A stretch of DNA of 64,000 nt from Eledone cirrhosa (GCA_964016885.1 OZ024744.1:49042001-49106000); one strand, 5' to 3'; positions 36,470-50,173 are shown, counted from the first letter of the stretch. Made by a program: numbers and translations. The notes: generated from the sequence alone by a model not told the origin.

Positions 36470-39031
36470 AGATAGATTTTTATCTTCATCAAAAGACGTA
36501 ATCGATGGACGGTTGTAAACACAAAAGCCTTCCCTGGTGAGGAATGCACCTCCCAACATAACTTAGTTATCAGCGACCTCACTGTCAAAACTAGACGAAC
36601 TTGGAAACAGAAGGCAACCTGGAGAAGAAAGATCTGGAAGCTGAAAGACCCCTCAGCCAGTAACAGATTTAAAGATATTTTACTTGACGCCTATGACAGT
36701 AAAGAAGAACAGATACAGACATTCAATGTAGAAGAGCACTGGGAGTTCCTAAAAAATAACTTACTAAAGCGACGGACGAGATATGTGGTTGGAGCAAGAC
36801 CACAAGCAGGAGGAGAGTGACTTGGTGGTTGAATAATAAGGTAGATGAGGCAGTTAAGGCTACGTGACAGGCATGGAAAGAACGGGGAAGCAGGATACAT
36901 TACATAGAAACCAGGAGGGAAGCTAGGCGACAAGTATACTTAGCTAGAAGGGAAGCGGAGGATAGAAAATTCAAGCATGTTTTGGAGGTGCTCAAGATTG
37001 TGAGGCAGTGTGTCAGAGAGAATTGTGATGTCATTGGAGAGAAGTGTATCCGGAATGATAATGGTGAGCTTGCTCTCACAAGTGCTGAGAAGAAAGATAT
37101 GTGGAAGAGCCATTATGAAAGATTACTAAATGAGGAGAATGCATGGGAAAAAGAGACCCTACACCAAGTGGACCCTATAGAGGGGCCAGCAGTACAAGTC
37201 AGCAGTGCATAGTAAGTAAGGCAATCAAAGATATGAAAACGAGGAAGGCAACCGGTCCATCGGGTATAGCTGCCGAGATGCTGAAGGCATCTGGGTTGGT
37301 AGGTCACACCATAACCACATGTATTGTTAACCAGGTAATACTAGAGGGTGTCATACCAAAGGATTGGTGCAGCAGCATCATTGTCAACTGCTACAAGGGT
37401 AAAGATAGAGGAAACTATAGAGGTATAAAGCTTATGGACCAGGTCATGAAAGTAACAGAAAGAGTTATAGCACAGTTGATTAAGGACCAGGTGAAACTAG
37501 ATGAGATGCAATTTGGGTTTGTACCAGGAAAAGGCACCACTGATGCCCTCTTCCTTGTGAGGCAGTTACAGGAAAAGTACCTAGCTAAAAGTAAGCCGCT
37601 CAACCTGACAATCGTCGATCTGGAAAAAGCCTTCAACAGAGTCCCCTGTGCTATAATCTGGTGGGCTCTCAGAAAACTAGGCTTGTGAAGGCTGTACAAG
37701 CCATGTATAGAGGAGCAGTCAGCAAAGTTAGGATTAGCAATGACTATAGCGAGGAATTTAGCATACAGGTCGGTGTCCACCAGGGCTCTGTTCTTAGCCC
37801 TCTCCTGTTCATTATAGTTTTGCAGGCAATAACGGGGCAGTTTAAAACCAGATGCCCATGGGAACTCTTATATGCGGATGATCTCACACTTATAGCTGAA
37901 TCTATGGTAGAACTAGAGAAGAAATTCCAAATATGGAAACAGGGACTAGAAAGAAAGGGTCTCAAAGTCAACCTGACAAAGACTAAGGTCCTCGTAAGTA
38001 GATGAGAAAACAGAACCCAGATCCCCTCAGGGAAATGGCCTTGCTCAGTATGTAGGAAAGGTGTAGGTAGGAACTCCATCCTCTGACCCAAATGCAAACA
38101 ATGGGTACACAAGAGATGTAGTGGGATCTCAAACTCTGTAGAAACAGTAGATAGCTACTAGGTGACCGAATTAGCAGCAGAGGTGGGTGTTCAGAAAGTA
38201 CAATAATTAGGGTAAGAACGGGATGGAAGAAGTTCAGGGAACAACTGCCACTGCTAGCTGCAAAAGGCTTCTCCCTCAAAATGAAAAGCAGACTATGATG
38301 CGTGTATCCGAACAGCAATGTTACATGGTAGTGAGACCTGGGCGCTGAAGGTGGAAGACTTACGTAGATTAGAGAGAAACGAAGCCTGCATGCTTCGATG
38401 GATGTGTAATAGTAATATACGTGAACGACAAAGCATAAATGATTTGAGAGAGAGCCTGAGCATAAGAGGAATCAAATGTTGTGTGCAGGAGAGGAGGTTG
38501 TGTTGGTATGGATATGTGATGTGTATGAAGGATGACAGCTGCATAAAAAGGTGCAGAGCACTAGAAGTCGATAGAAGCCACGGAGTGGGGAGACCCAAGA
38601 AGACCTGGGATGAGGTGATAAAAGCCGACCTTACCCAATTGCACCTCTCAAGGGTGATGACACATGACTGTGACCTCTGGCGTCACACAGCAATACAGAA
38701 GACCCGACTCCCCACGGGTACAAGCCAAAGCTGAAGCATATAGACAATATGCCTCCACCCCCTCACACTGAAAAGTGGTCGAGGAGGGGCCTCGCCAAAA
38801 AAGCACCCAGTCCACACTGTAAAGTGGACGTGTAGCCGCCACGGATAAAAAGCACCCATCACTCACTGTAAATGAGGTTGGTGTTAGGAAGGGCATTCAG
38901 CTGTAGAAATCAAGGCAGAATCAATTCCTGTATGAGCAAAGCATGGTCAGCCGACTGGATACTGCCCAGAACAGGACAACTCACCTAACTCATGCTAGTG
39001 TGAAAGAACGGTCGTAAAACAGTGATGATGA

Positions 39032-39035
<4 letters not shown>
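36470..39035 (+). mobile_element. RTE LINE, 5'-truncated, degenerate
   Basis: ORFs 36982-38734: NYRGIKL, QFGF, DLEKAF, GVHQGSVLSPLLF, YADD, internal Cys-rich domain, (GAT)n tail. Confidence 0.93.
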
Positions 39036-39079
<44 letters not shown>

Positions 39080-39109
39080 ATATATATATTTATATATATA
39101 TATATAGAT

Positions 39110-42100
39110 ATCATCATCATCAACATCATCGTTTAATGTCCATCTTCCATGCTAGCATGGGTTTGGACGGGAATTTTCCCACTTGAGGCTAGATTGATTG
39201 TCTTGTTCATATAGGACTATCTGGCCCGTTTTCTACGGCTGGATGCCCTTCTTAACACCAACCACGTTTACAGTGTGGACTGGGAGGTTTTTACCGTGTT
39301 ACCTACACGGCCACATTACAGCGTGAACTGTGTGTTTTTTTGTTGTAACACCTACACGACCTCATTTGTTTCGGACTGGATGTTGTGGTACCAACTTAAC
39401 TTTACATCGTAGTGGGACGGGGGTGTATTTTTGTTAAGAGGTGCCTACTGACTGTAGGTTTCGCTTTGTACTTAGGCAAGGCGGGTCTTCTGTATTACTG
39501 TGAAGCGCCAAAGATCTCAGTTGAGTGACATTGTCTTGGAAAGATGTAAATGTGTGAGGTCGGAATTTATCAAGTCTTCCCAGATTTTAATGGGTCTGCC
39601 TACTCCGTGGCTACCGTCTATTTTTATCGCCCTGCACTTTTTTATACAGCTGTCGTCTTTCATGTGCATCACGTGACCATACCAACGTAGTCTTCTCTCG
39701 AGTAAACAACATCTGATCCCTCTTATTCCTAATTTCTCCCTTAGTTCATTTATGCTTTGCCGTTCCCGTATATTACTATTACACATCCAGCGGAGCATGC
39801 AAGCTTCTTTCCTCTCCAGTCCGTGCAGATCCTCTGCACACAATGCCAAAGTCTCACTGCCATGTAACATCGCTGTTCGTATGCAGGCATCATACAGCCT
39901 GCCTTTCATTTTTAGAGAGAAACCTTTAGCGGCCAATAGTGGTATAAGCTCTCTGAACTTTTTCCATCCCGTTCTGACTCTAGCTACAGTACTTTCAGAG
40001 CACCCTCCACCACTGCTGATTTTGTCACCCAGGTAACAGAAGGTGTCCACTATTTCTATAGAACCATCTGTGAAATGGAATGAGCTAGTATTCTGTGGGC
40101 ACTTGCTGCTACTTATTGCACCTGAGCACCGGCCACATATAAAATCTATATTCTTAGTTAGCTTACCTGTGATCCTACTACATCTTTTATGCAGCCATAC
40201 TTTGCATTTGGGACATAAAATGGAGTTTCTGCCTACTCCTTTCCTACACACTGAGCATGGTCATTTCCCGGAAGGGACCGGTGTCCTATTCTCCTTCCTA
40301 CATATTAGAACTTTAGTCTTAGACAGGTTAATTTTAAGGCCTTTTGATTCTAGGCCATGCTTCCATGTTTGGAATTTCTTCTCTAGTTCAGCCATTGATT
40401 CAGCTATAAGTGTTCGATCATCTGCGTATAGGAGTTCCCATGGGCAGCCGGTCTTGAACTCTTCTGTTATAGCCTGAAGGGCAATAATAAATAGTAGGGG
40501 GCTAAGAACGGAACTCTGATGAACACCAACTTTTACGCTAAACTCTTGACTATATTCGTTGTTAATTCTAACCTTGCTGACTGTTTCTTTATACATGGCA
40601 TGTATAGCTCTCACAAGCCATTCATCAACACCTAGTTTTCTGAGAGCCCACCAGATAATGGAGCGGGGGACTCTGTCAAAGGCTTTCTCCAAGTCAACAA
40701 AAGTTAAGTATAGGGGTTTACTTTTAGCTAGGTACTTCTCCTGTAGTTGTCATACAATGAAAAGAGCGTCTGTGGTACTTTTACCTGACACAAACCCGAA
40801 CTGCATTTCATCTAGATCAATTCGCTCTCTGATTAGTTGCGCTATTACTTTTTCTGTGATCTTCATGACCTGGTCGATTAATTTAATGCCTCTATAGTTT
40901 CCCCTATCTAGGGCATCTCCTTTACCCTTATAGTAGTTAATGATGATGCTGCTATGCCAGTCCTTCGGAACAACCCCATTCTGTATGACTTGGTTTACTA
41001 TCCGGGTGACCATAGTGTGTCCCACCGTTCCAGATGCTTTCAGCATTTCAGCAACTATTTCCGAAGGCCCAGCCGCCTTGCCTGTCTTCATATTTTTGAT
41101 TGCCTTACTTATTATACTACCTTCAACTTGCACTGCTGGTCCCTCTATTGGATCAATGTGGGGAGCACTTTCAAGCTACATTCTTATCAGTGTCAGTGAT
41201 GGCAAGTACACCATCATCATTAAGGACACACTTCTCCCCGACAATATCACGGTTTTCCTTGACACATTGCCTAGCAATCCTGAACACCTCACGTTGTAGA
41301 ACATGCTTGAACTTTCTTTCCTCTGCTTCCCTTCTTGCGAAGTACACTTGATTCCTAGCTTCCCTTCTTGCGAAGTACACTTGTCTCCTAGCTTCCCTCC
41401 TGGCCACTTGATAGTCTTCTCTACTTCCCCCATCACGCCATACTTTCCACGCCTGCTTTTTGGCCTTGATTGACTCCTCCACCTTACTGTTCCACCACCA
41501 AGTTACTCTCTTCCTGCCTATAGGTCTGCTCCAGCCACAGATTTCATCTGTCGCCTTCAGCAAGTTAGCTTTCAGGAATTCCCACTGTTCCTCTATATTG
41601 TACGACTCTAATTGCTCTTCCTTTCTATCAAAAGCATCAAGTAATATGCTTTTAAATTTATTACTGGCTGTAGGGTCCTTTAGCTTCCATATTTTTCTCC
41701 TGAGGATAGTCCTCCTCTGTTGTCGAGTACATCTCATCCTGACTATGAGGTCGCTAATTATGAGTCTATGTTGGGAGGTGCATTCTTCATGGGGGAGGGA
41801 TTTAGTGTTTACAACAGACACTCTGTCACGTCTTCTGGTAAGGATATAATCTATCTGGCTGGTATGTTCCCCGGATCTATAGGTGATCAAGTGATTGTCT
41901 CGTTTTTTGAAGTTAGTGATACAAATAGTTAGGTTATTTGCGTCACAGAATTCCAGGATTCTGGAGCCTTCCTCATTTCTAGTACCAAACCCATAGCCTC
42001 CATGGATTTCGTCATAGCCGTCACAATGTTGTCAAATGTGACCATTTAGGTCGCCAGCGATAATTATGTAGTCACTGTCGGTTATTTGGGAGGTAGTGAG

Positions 42101-42185
42101 CATTAACGACTCATAGAATCTGTCTTTTATAATGCCAGGCAGTTCGGATTGGGGTGCATATGCAGATATTATTGTCACAGTAGTT
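39110..42185 (-). mobile_element. RTE LINE (APE C-terminus to 3' tail), degenerate
   Basis: AGDLNGH, QIDYIL, YADD, Cys-rich CRKGVGRNSILCPKC..H.RC, (GAT)n tail; 33-bp in-frame duplication near 41325-41395. Confidence 0.93.
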
Positions 42186-43141
42186 CTATATATATATATA
42201 TATATATACATATATATATTTCTATAGCTTACTTATACTTTATTCAGTAATGGATAGATAACAATATAATGACACCTTTAATGTATTATAGGAAAATAGC
42301 TTGTATTTAAAATTAAATATAAACAAATAGCATTATATAAAAGGGATTCACTTGTAACACAATATAATGTATATTAGCACAAAGAATTTAACTAATTGGA
42401 GCTGTAAACAACTATACATTTTTCCCATTTTTCTAATTTCTTCTATCATATACAATTTAATCACATTAGCTCCCCTTAATATAGATCTCAAACTCACTTC
42501 TGGAAATTAAACCGTTAGAAGAATCGCTCCACAACAACTCGAACCCCGGATAACAATATAATAGGACCAATATACAATTCATAGCTGCAACTAATTAAAA
42601 ACATTCACTAAAATAAAATATAACCAATGTAATGGAAAAGATAGCAATAACATTGATACTCTCGACACATACACATTTGAACATTACAGAAACAATCATC
42701 ACACTACATCCACCATAAACTCATAATTTTAATACACAAACATCTTTGCCTGCTTGATATGCTTGTAAACCTATGTTATTTTATGTGATACCTTTTCCAT
42801 ACATGCCTAGTACCATTGCTTGTTTCCTTCCTGTATATGCCTAACACATTTGCACTCTTTATACACTTGCATATGTACTGCTAGTGTCCTCGTTTTACGA
42901 GTAACTTTCTACCTTAATGCCTCTTTAATTATTATACTATTCCCTTGTAATCTCTATCGCATGCATTCCACTCTGTGCCTTTTTAATTTTTAATTTTAAT
43001 TATTGTACAATTCTCTTGTAATCTATGTCACATCCATTCCACTCTGTAAATACGAAACTGTTGTTGACAACATTAATATCCATGCATCTATATGGTTGTT
43101 CAGTTGAATAGGAGGTTAATTATATGTCCAAACATTGCTAG

Positions 43142-43188
43142 TGCTCCGATGATTCCAAACGAAAGTTTGGAAGAAACGATTGTCAGCA
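43142..43188 (+). ncRNA. Type I hammerhead ribozyme (U4C variant)
   Basis: UGCU-CCGAUGA-UUCCAAAC-GAAA-GUUUGGAA-GAAAC-GAUU-GUC-AGCA; perfect 8-bp stem II with GNRA loop. Confidence 0.85.
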
Positions 43189-43369
43189 ATAAAATGATTT
43201 GAACATAGTTTTGATTATTGTATAATTTATATATATACTATATATTTTTCCTTCGGTTAAACCCTTCCACAATATTTGTGATATTTGCCTCAAGGCATAT
43301 CTTGTCTCTACTTGTTTTGTTATGTTCCAATGTGCACTGGAATGAATGGTATCGACCTTAATGCAGAGT

Positions 43370-45170
43370 GGTGTGTTTGTCAGTTCTCTCATCTGATGGG
43401 AAGACACTTTTGACAGATAAGTTGGGCGTCTTGAAAATATGGAAACAGCACTTTGAAACTGTTTTGAACTCCACCTGTCATTGATAACAACGCCATAGCA
43501 TCCATTTCCTAACATATTGAAATACCTGAAATGTCTATTGAACCAACACTTCAGGAAGTGAAGAACTCCACCAAGCAAATTTCCCACAGTAAAGCACCTG
43601 GCAAGGATGCTATGCTGGCAAAGATTTATAAGATTGGTGGACAAAAGCTGGTTAGGAAACTGCATGAGTACTTCAAAACAATTTGGAGAGCCGGCACTGT
43701 TCTTCAGGACTACAATGATATGTCCATCAAACATCTCTACAAGAACAAATGGGTTAGGAGTGTTTATGAAGATCATCGTGGGATATCACTTCAGACAATT
43801 GCTGGAAAAATCTTAGCCAGGCTGATACTCAATAAGATCATCAAATATATTGTTGATGACATTTACCCTGAATCACAGTGTGGTTTCTATACTATCTGTG
43901 GCACAATCGACATTATCTTATCTCTTCGTCAGGTAGCTGAGGTCTGTGAGAGAAATATATATATATATAATAGGAGCTATATATGGTGTTCATAGATCTA
44001 ACCAAGGCCTTTGACACTGTAAATTGGTAAGCGCTCTGAAAAGTTCTAAAGAAGCTTGGGATACCTGACAAGTTACTTAACATCATTGTCCCTTCCACTA
44101 GGAGATGAAAGCTGCTGTTTTATCTGAAGGGGAATTGTTGGATTCCTTTGATGTGACAAATGGCATAAAACAAGGCTGTGTCATGGCTTCAGTTCTTTAT
44201 ACACTATTCTTCTCAGTAATGCTGAAATATCCTGGACTCTTCAATCAACAACAATTCAAAGCTAAGACACATCTGCGCACCAGCATTATTCGCAATCGCC
44301 TTTTTGCAAATGACACTTGTAGCAACATCTTTAGATAAATCCCAGGAACTTGTAAACCATTTTTCTGTTGTAAGTAAAGCTTTTATGCTTACCATCTTTA
44401 TGGCCAAACAAATACAGTTCCCAGATAACCTTATAAAGGTCGAAGGAAAGAAGCTCAAGTATGTGAAATTGTTTGCATATCTTGGCAGTAAGGTGAACTC
44501 AAATGTATCTTTTGATGATGAGATAATTCATTGTATAGGGAAATCCATGAGTGTGATTGGCAAGCTCTGTCATAGCCTTTGGAATGAGAGGGCCATAAAA
44601 CTGGACAGTAAGATACAGGTTTATAAAGCTGATGTACTGACCACACTCTTCTATGGATCAAAATATTGGACGCCATGTAGGTCACACATCTACCAACTTT
44701 CATAAAGGTTGTCTTTGGGCAATCTACAGGTACACACTTGAAGTTAAAATATCTAACACTGACCTCTTCAGTAAGTGCAAGATTGGCAACATTGAAACCT
44801 TTCTTTTAAAATCACAGCTATGCTGAGCTGGTCATGTCATCAGAATGAATGACAAAATAATACCAAAAGTCCTCATGTACAGCCAGCTTGATGGTGGATA
44901 TAGAAATGTTGGATAGCCATGGCTTAGCTACAAAGACAATATACCTTATGAGACATTTGAGCAAGTGGCCTTGCAGTAGAAGATCTGGAGATCTATGTGT
45001 CATAATGGGATCTGGAAATTCAAATCCAGTTGTACCCATAGCCTACAAGAAGCAAGATGGAGGAGAAAAGCATTATCAAACATACCAGCAACATTATCCA
45101 GCAAACCTTCTGTGGACCTGCTTGCAAATCCTTGGCAGGCCTAAAATATCATGCCCAACATAAACATCCA
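43370..45170 (+). mobile_element. RTE-BovB-type LINE, degenerate
   Basis: KAPGKD..HRGISL..PESQCGF, FIDLTKAFD, GIKQGCV, LFAND, YLGS. Confidence 0.88.
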
Positions 45171-45202
45171 AATTGAGTGAACTGAATTGGTTGTTTAGAT
45201 CC

Positions 45203-45362
45203 TCATCATCATCATTTTACGTTCGCTTTTCCCTGCTTGCAAGGGTGGGACGGGAACTGATTCTGGCTTGATTTCTACAGCTGGATGCTCTTCCTAACAT
45301 CAACCTCATTTACAGTGTGGGCTGGGTGCTTTTTTGCCGTGGCACCTCCACAACCACTTTGC
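45203..45362 (-). mobile_element. SINE family B 3' part
   Basis: Reverse complement of 6460-6625. Confidence 0.8.
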
Positions 45363-45547
45363 ATGAGAATAAAGCATACAGTCCACCCATGTGTGTGAAC
45401 AAATATAGATATTTTTGTTTGAGTTAAGTGTTTATACAAGTATCAATATATCTATCTTGGTGTCAGGAGGTAAAGATTAATATGTGAGGTCATAGATGTT
45501 TGTATATGAATCAATAAAATGTTATGTTCATACAGCTGTGTATGTAG

Positions 45548-46231
45548 ACTTAAAATCAAGAAGAAAGCAAGAACGGCGGTGGGTGGGTGGGTGAGTTTTC
45601 CTCATCAGTTATTTACTGGGGGTCTCGGATATTTCAATGCTTTAAAGACAATATATCTACCCCCAGCGCGTTCAATAACTAGGTAAGTTATTGGGAAAAC
45701 AGAGGAGAGAGGGAAGGAAAATAGAAGGGAAAAGGGAAGAAAAGAGAAAAACAGCGAAAAAAACAACAAACCAGAGAATGTGCAAGCAACTTCAAGAAAG
45801 AAAATCCAAGTTCACAACGGTGCTGAACGTAAGTTCTAAAGTGTGTGGACGAATGAAAAAAACCTGTCTGATCCCAGCGAGTGTTAGTGATAAAAGGACT
45901 GCTACAGGCTCAGGGTAGGGTAACAATGAGGTGGCTGGCAGAGGTAGTGAGAGAAAATGAGAGGGAGAGGAAGAAAGAGGGGGAAAAGTAGAGCAATGAA
46001 ATAGGTAGATAGGAGAAAGACGGGTCACCTCATTCTCTGGTTTGTTTGTTTTTTTTCTCTTTTCTTCCCTTTTCCTTCCCTCTCTCCTCTGTTTTCCGAA
46101 TAACTTACCTAGTTATCGAACGCACTGGGGGTAGATATATTGTCTTTAAAGCGTTGAAATATCCGAAACCACCTCCAGTAGACAACTGATGAGGAACACC
46201 CCCGCTCTTGCTTTCTTCTTAATTTTAAGCC

Positions 46232-46232
<1 letters not shown>
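45548..46232. mobile_element. Fold-back element with ~200-230 bp inverted arms
   Basis: 45548-45780 is the imperfect reverse complement of 46031-46232; the right end abuts (TA)n. Confidence 0.85.
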
Positions 46233-46262
<30 letters not shown>

Positions 46263-46614
46263 AGTTGTTTTGGAAGACTCAACAATGCAATGCAGATGGG
46301 TAAATCTCCGGGTAACAAAATAAGGTGGTAATGAGAGAGAAATGTAAGAGGAAGTGTAGAAAGAGATGTAGAGAGCGTAAAGGAACATAGGAAAAGTGTG
46401 AAAAATAATAACACGAGATAGAGTTACCTTGGAAGTGTTTCAATAGTCCCTATATTTCGGATTTCGCATCCATCAAGTGGGGGTTTTCCAAGGGGAGAAA
46501 GTTATGTTGCTGTTTACCATGTGCGTACAACTATATATAAATAGTGTGCGTACAAATATATATATATATATAATATAAGGACGATTTGTGAAGCCTTCAT
46601 TACGTTTATTGGTT

Positions 46615-46699
46615 GGTGACGCGCGTTTCGCTATTGATCAGCTCAAGGTTTGATCTGTATCGATCTAGCCCAACTCTGAAATCAAAAACTCGTCAGACC
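46615..46699 (-). ncRNA. Type I hammerhead ribozyme (intact core)
   Basis: GGU-CUGACGA-GUUUUUGAU..CAG...CUGAUCAAUAGC-GAAAC-GCGC-GUC-ACC; palindromic stem III ACGCGCGU. Confidence 0.85.
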
Positions 46700-46740
46700 T
46701 CTGCTGCTGTAAATACAGATCGAACGTTGAGCTGATCAAT

Positions 46741-47340
46741 GTAGAAGTGAGAGTTGGTCAGCTTGAAGAAGGCAGAGGTGATGAGGGAGTGATGGGAGGG
46801 TGAATGGAAGCAGAGAGGTCTAGGAAATAGACAGGTTATGGAGGAGGTAATGTCAAGAGTGAGGTGGAAGGATCAGGAGAAAGGATTGAAGGAGTCAAGC
46901 TATTCGCGGATGAATGAGGTGACAATGACACAGTCGTCGTCAATGTAATGTTTGTATAACTCAGGGGTGGCAGCTAGTGTATTAGACTAAGATTTGGGCT
47001 TTAACATAGCCAATGAATAAGTTAGCATGGTTAGGGTCCATTCTTGTATCTGTTGGTAGATCTCATCCAAGAAGGAAAAATAGTTCAGGGTGGGGCAAGG
47101 TGGGGGAGTGTTGAGAGAAGCAAAGATCAAAGAAGTGTTAGAAGTTCCAGAAGTACCCATCATGGCGGTGGAGAGCAACTTGATGTCAAATGGGGAACAA
47201 TGAGCCAGGTGGGAAAACGAAGTAGAAAAAAAGGTGTGTATAAGAGAGATATGGAGGTGGTGAGGAGGGAAGGTGAATGATGAGTAGTGTACGATATTGT
47301 GTTGGGGAAGGTTTGTGGATGAGAGGTGGGGGTAGCCATA
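46741..47340 (-). mobile_element. Penelope-like RT fragment (Poseidon/Neptune-like)
   Basis: TLNYFSFLDEIYQQ and PELYKHYIDD on the minus strand, directly upstream of the 46615-46699 hammerhead. Confidence 0.7.
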
Positions 47341-47680
47341 TAATCACATAATTAACACATTTCTACAGTCCTCTAGCCTAAACCGCACGCTTCCAATACC
47401 AAAAACATAAACATACATTTCACATGTTTTTTTCCATTCTGAACAAGAGTTACTTCCCTTAGTAAACAAATTGAAAAAATAAATAAATTTCGTCGTTACG
47501 ACAAATGCCTCGACAACAGTTTATGTTCTAACTTTTAACTACGTCTGATAGGAGTCGCATTTTGCACTGCCGTGTACAGTCTGCAGTAGAGGCCATATCT
47601 AGACCTTAAAACCTAAGGTACTGCACTACATATGTGTATGAATATTAATAAATACTAAATACTATGCGTATATTTGTGTA

Positions 47681-47950
47681 TCATCATCACCGTTTAACGT
47701 CCATTTTCCACGCTAGCATGAGTTAGACGAGTTGTCCTGTTGTGAGATAGGCCAGATCAGGTGACCATGTCTTGCTCCTACAGAACTAATTTTGGCTTGG
47801 TTTCTACAACTGGATGCCCTGACTAACACCAACCACATTTACAGTTAGTACTGAGTGCTGTTTGTCGTGTCACCTACACAATCATTTTACAGTGTGGGCT
47901 GGTTGTTGTTTGTCGTGCCGCACGACCACTTTACAGTGTGGACTGGGTAC
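47681..47950 (-). mobile_element. RTE/SINE 3' tail
   Basis: GTCAGGGCATCCAGTTGTAGAAACC motif and (GAT)n tail on the minus strand. Confidence 0.75.
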
Positions 47951-48268
47951 TTTGGCGGGTGAAGTGTATGGGAATTGGAGAGGTGGGTATATGAGTGTGT
48001 GTGAGGCGCGGAATGTTAGGACGTGGGAGGTGATTGGAAGGGGGGTGGAGGTGACGGTGGTGCATACTATATGCATGCTTCAGGTCCCTGCTCACCTTAC
48101 CTTACTGTAAACACAAAGAAGCAGGGAGGTGGTACAACGCTCTGGTCATTTGCCACCACCTGCCAGTAAACTCTTCCATTTCTTGCCAGCATACTCCTGG
48201 TCTCTTTCTTCAAGAAGGAGAAATAAATGTTACATGGCGATGATGATGATGATGACAATAATGATATA

Positions 48269-48740
48269 CTAGCTGACGTACACAGCTTCGCCCGGGTAAA
48301 CAGATGATAAGAGAAAATGACTGTATTGGATGTTTGTCCGGTTTACAGTATGAGGTGAGACCGTGGTGTGTGTGACAATAAATAAATAAATAAATATAAA
48401 ACAGTAAAAAAAATCTACCCCACGCACCAGATTTTTCGTTTTACCTATCGTGCATCGTATATGAAGATTTCTAGATATTCCCACTCGCGAACAACCTACA
48501 TATAACTGTCCATGGGTAAAAAGCGGTTCTCATGTATTCAATTCTTCAACTTTAAAACACTGAGCCTGAGCTTTATTTATGGTCGTCATAGCAAAACTGG
48601 CTCTAGCAGGGAACTGAAGTCTTGAGAATTTGAAAGGCTGCTCGGTAGAGGAAGGGATAAATGGAATCTTGGGAATAAATGCATTTTCTCCTTGATGATT
48701 ACCTCCAGTAATAGTGACTTCCAGGACAGGAGTTAGCAAT
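48269..48740 (-). mobile_element. Helitron 3' end
   Basis: PFKFSRLQFPARASFAMT..NKAQAQ; CCCGGGCGAAGCTGTG hairpin then CTAG|T; a further helicase piece (LLRNVDQLRLCIGT) at ~49570-49680. Confidence 0.85.
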
Positions 48741-48932
48741 CTTTTGGTGTGTGCAGGTCACATAGCTATGCAGTGTCTCGTAGGCGGGCCATGATATCAA
48801 ATAAGTAATAAGAACATATCTAAAAACGATAAAATACCATGGCATTTTTAATAAACTGTGACAAAACCACGCCACCTGGCGGTGTGTTTATATCAGGGTT
48901 GCCATTTGTTCAATGAAAACATTTACTTCTAA

Positions 48933-49116
48933 TAATTGTTTCTACTTTTGGCACAAGGCTAGCAATCCACTAGTATATTACTCGTACTTTATTTTATCGA
49001 CCCCTTAAGGATGAAAGGCAAAGTTAACCTCGGCGGGAATTGAACTCATTCCGCAAAGGGACGTAACTATGTGCTGCAAAGCATGGCGTCCGACCCTCTA
49101 CCGATACTGCCATCCA
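48933..49116 (-). mobile_element. SINE family A copy
   Basis: Full-length match. Confidence 0.88.
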
Positions 49117-49727
49117 CAATAATACTGAACACTTTTAACATAGAAAAGTAAATCAACATTTATTATTATCGAATACAGTCACTTACAGATGTTTTACTAC
49201 CAGACAGCAAACTCAAATGAAACATTTTGAGGGTGAAATGAAATAACTATATGTCAGACACGCTGACTTGTTTTAGGTAAGTCTGGTTCATTCCACATCA
49301 CTGCCATACACATACTATGTATGTACATATATACACTTACACACAGTCCACTTGACCTCGATATATGACTATTCTATCCGTCTGAGATTTATTGCTTGTT
49401 ACTGTCACGCAAACAATTACGTTCAGCTAAGTGAGTCTTGTGGTTAGACGTGTTCTCTAGTCGGTTTTCTAATCAAAAATAAGTCAGAGCACTTTTTCAG
49501 GAATCGCTTAGCCTGAGATTGAAACTTGTTGGCGAGCCGGACAAAAATCCTTCGCGGGCCGAGGTTTACCGACTCCTTCTCTAAGAGATGGTTCATCTTC
49601 CGCCTGACAGTAAAGCATGTGCCAATGCATAGACGCAGCTGGTCCACGTTTCTCAAAAGGATGATGAGAGTTCCAATCTTCTATAGATATAGATAATTAT
49701 ATATAAATACAGATAAAGTTATAGATA

Positions 49728-50150
49728 TAGTGACGTTCGAGACGTTTGATGGAGTTGGGCCGCTGACAGCGAAGTTCTTGTCATCGCTGGTAGCTCGCCT
49801 TACTGAGGTGACAGATGATGCTCGTGAAGGTGTCTAGTTGATTCAGCGCCTTAGCCTCGTCTTCATATGCTGCGATCGTGTTGGCTTGCCTCAAAGCGTT
49901 CCGTTGACTCTTAATGTGTGCTGTGTGGTCGATTGTTGCACTTGGTGGTGAATTGATGGTCGTTCTCGTTTTTTACACCCCCCCCCCCCCTCTATTTTCT
50001 TTTTTTCTCTCTCGCTCTGGTCATGTGTTTTGATGCGTTGTTTTGTGGGATTCCTTGCGATGGTTGGTTGTATTTGTTATATGCGTTTATATTTGTCTTT
50101 ATCAACATTATATTTGTAATGTTATTCTGAAAGAATTATGAACAATTTGT
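49728..50150 (+). mobile_element. CRE-clade 3' end
   Basis: VTFETFDGVG..DAREG..IQRLSL; homologous to 51008-51340. Confidence 0.75.
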
Positions 50151-50173
50151 AATTTAAATTATGTATATATATA

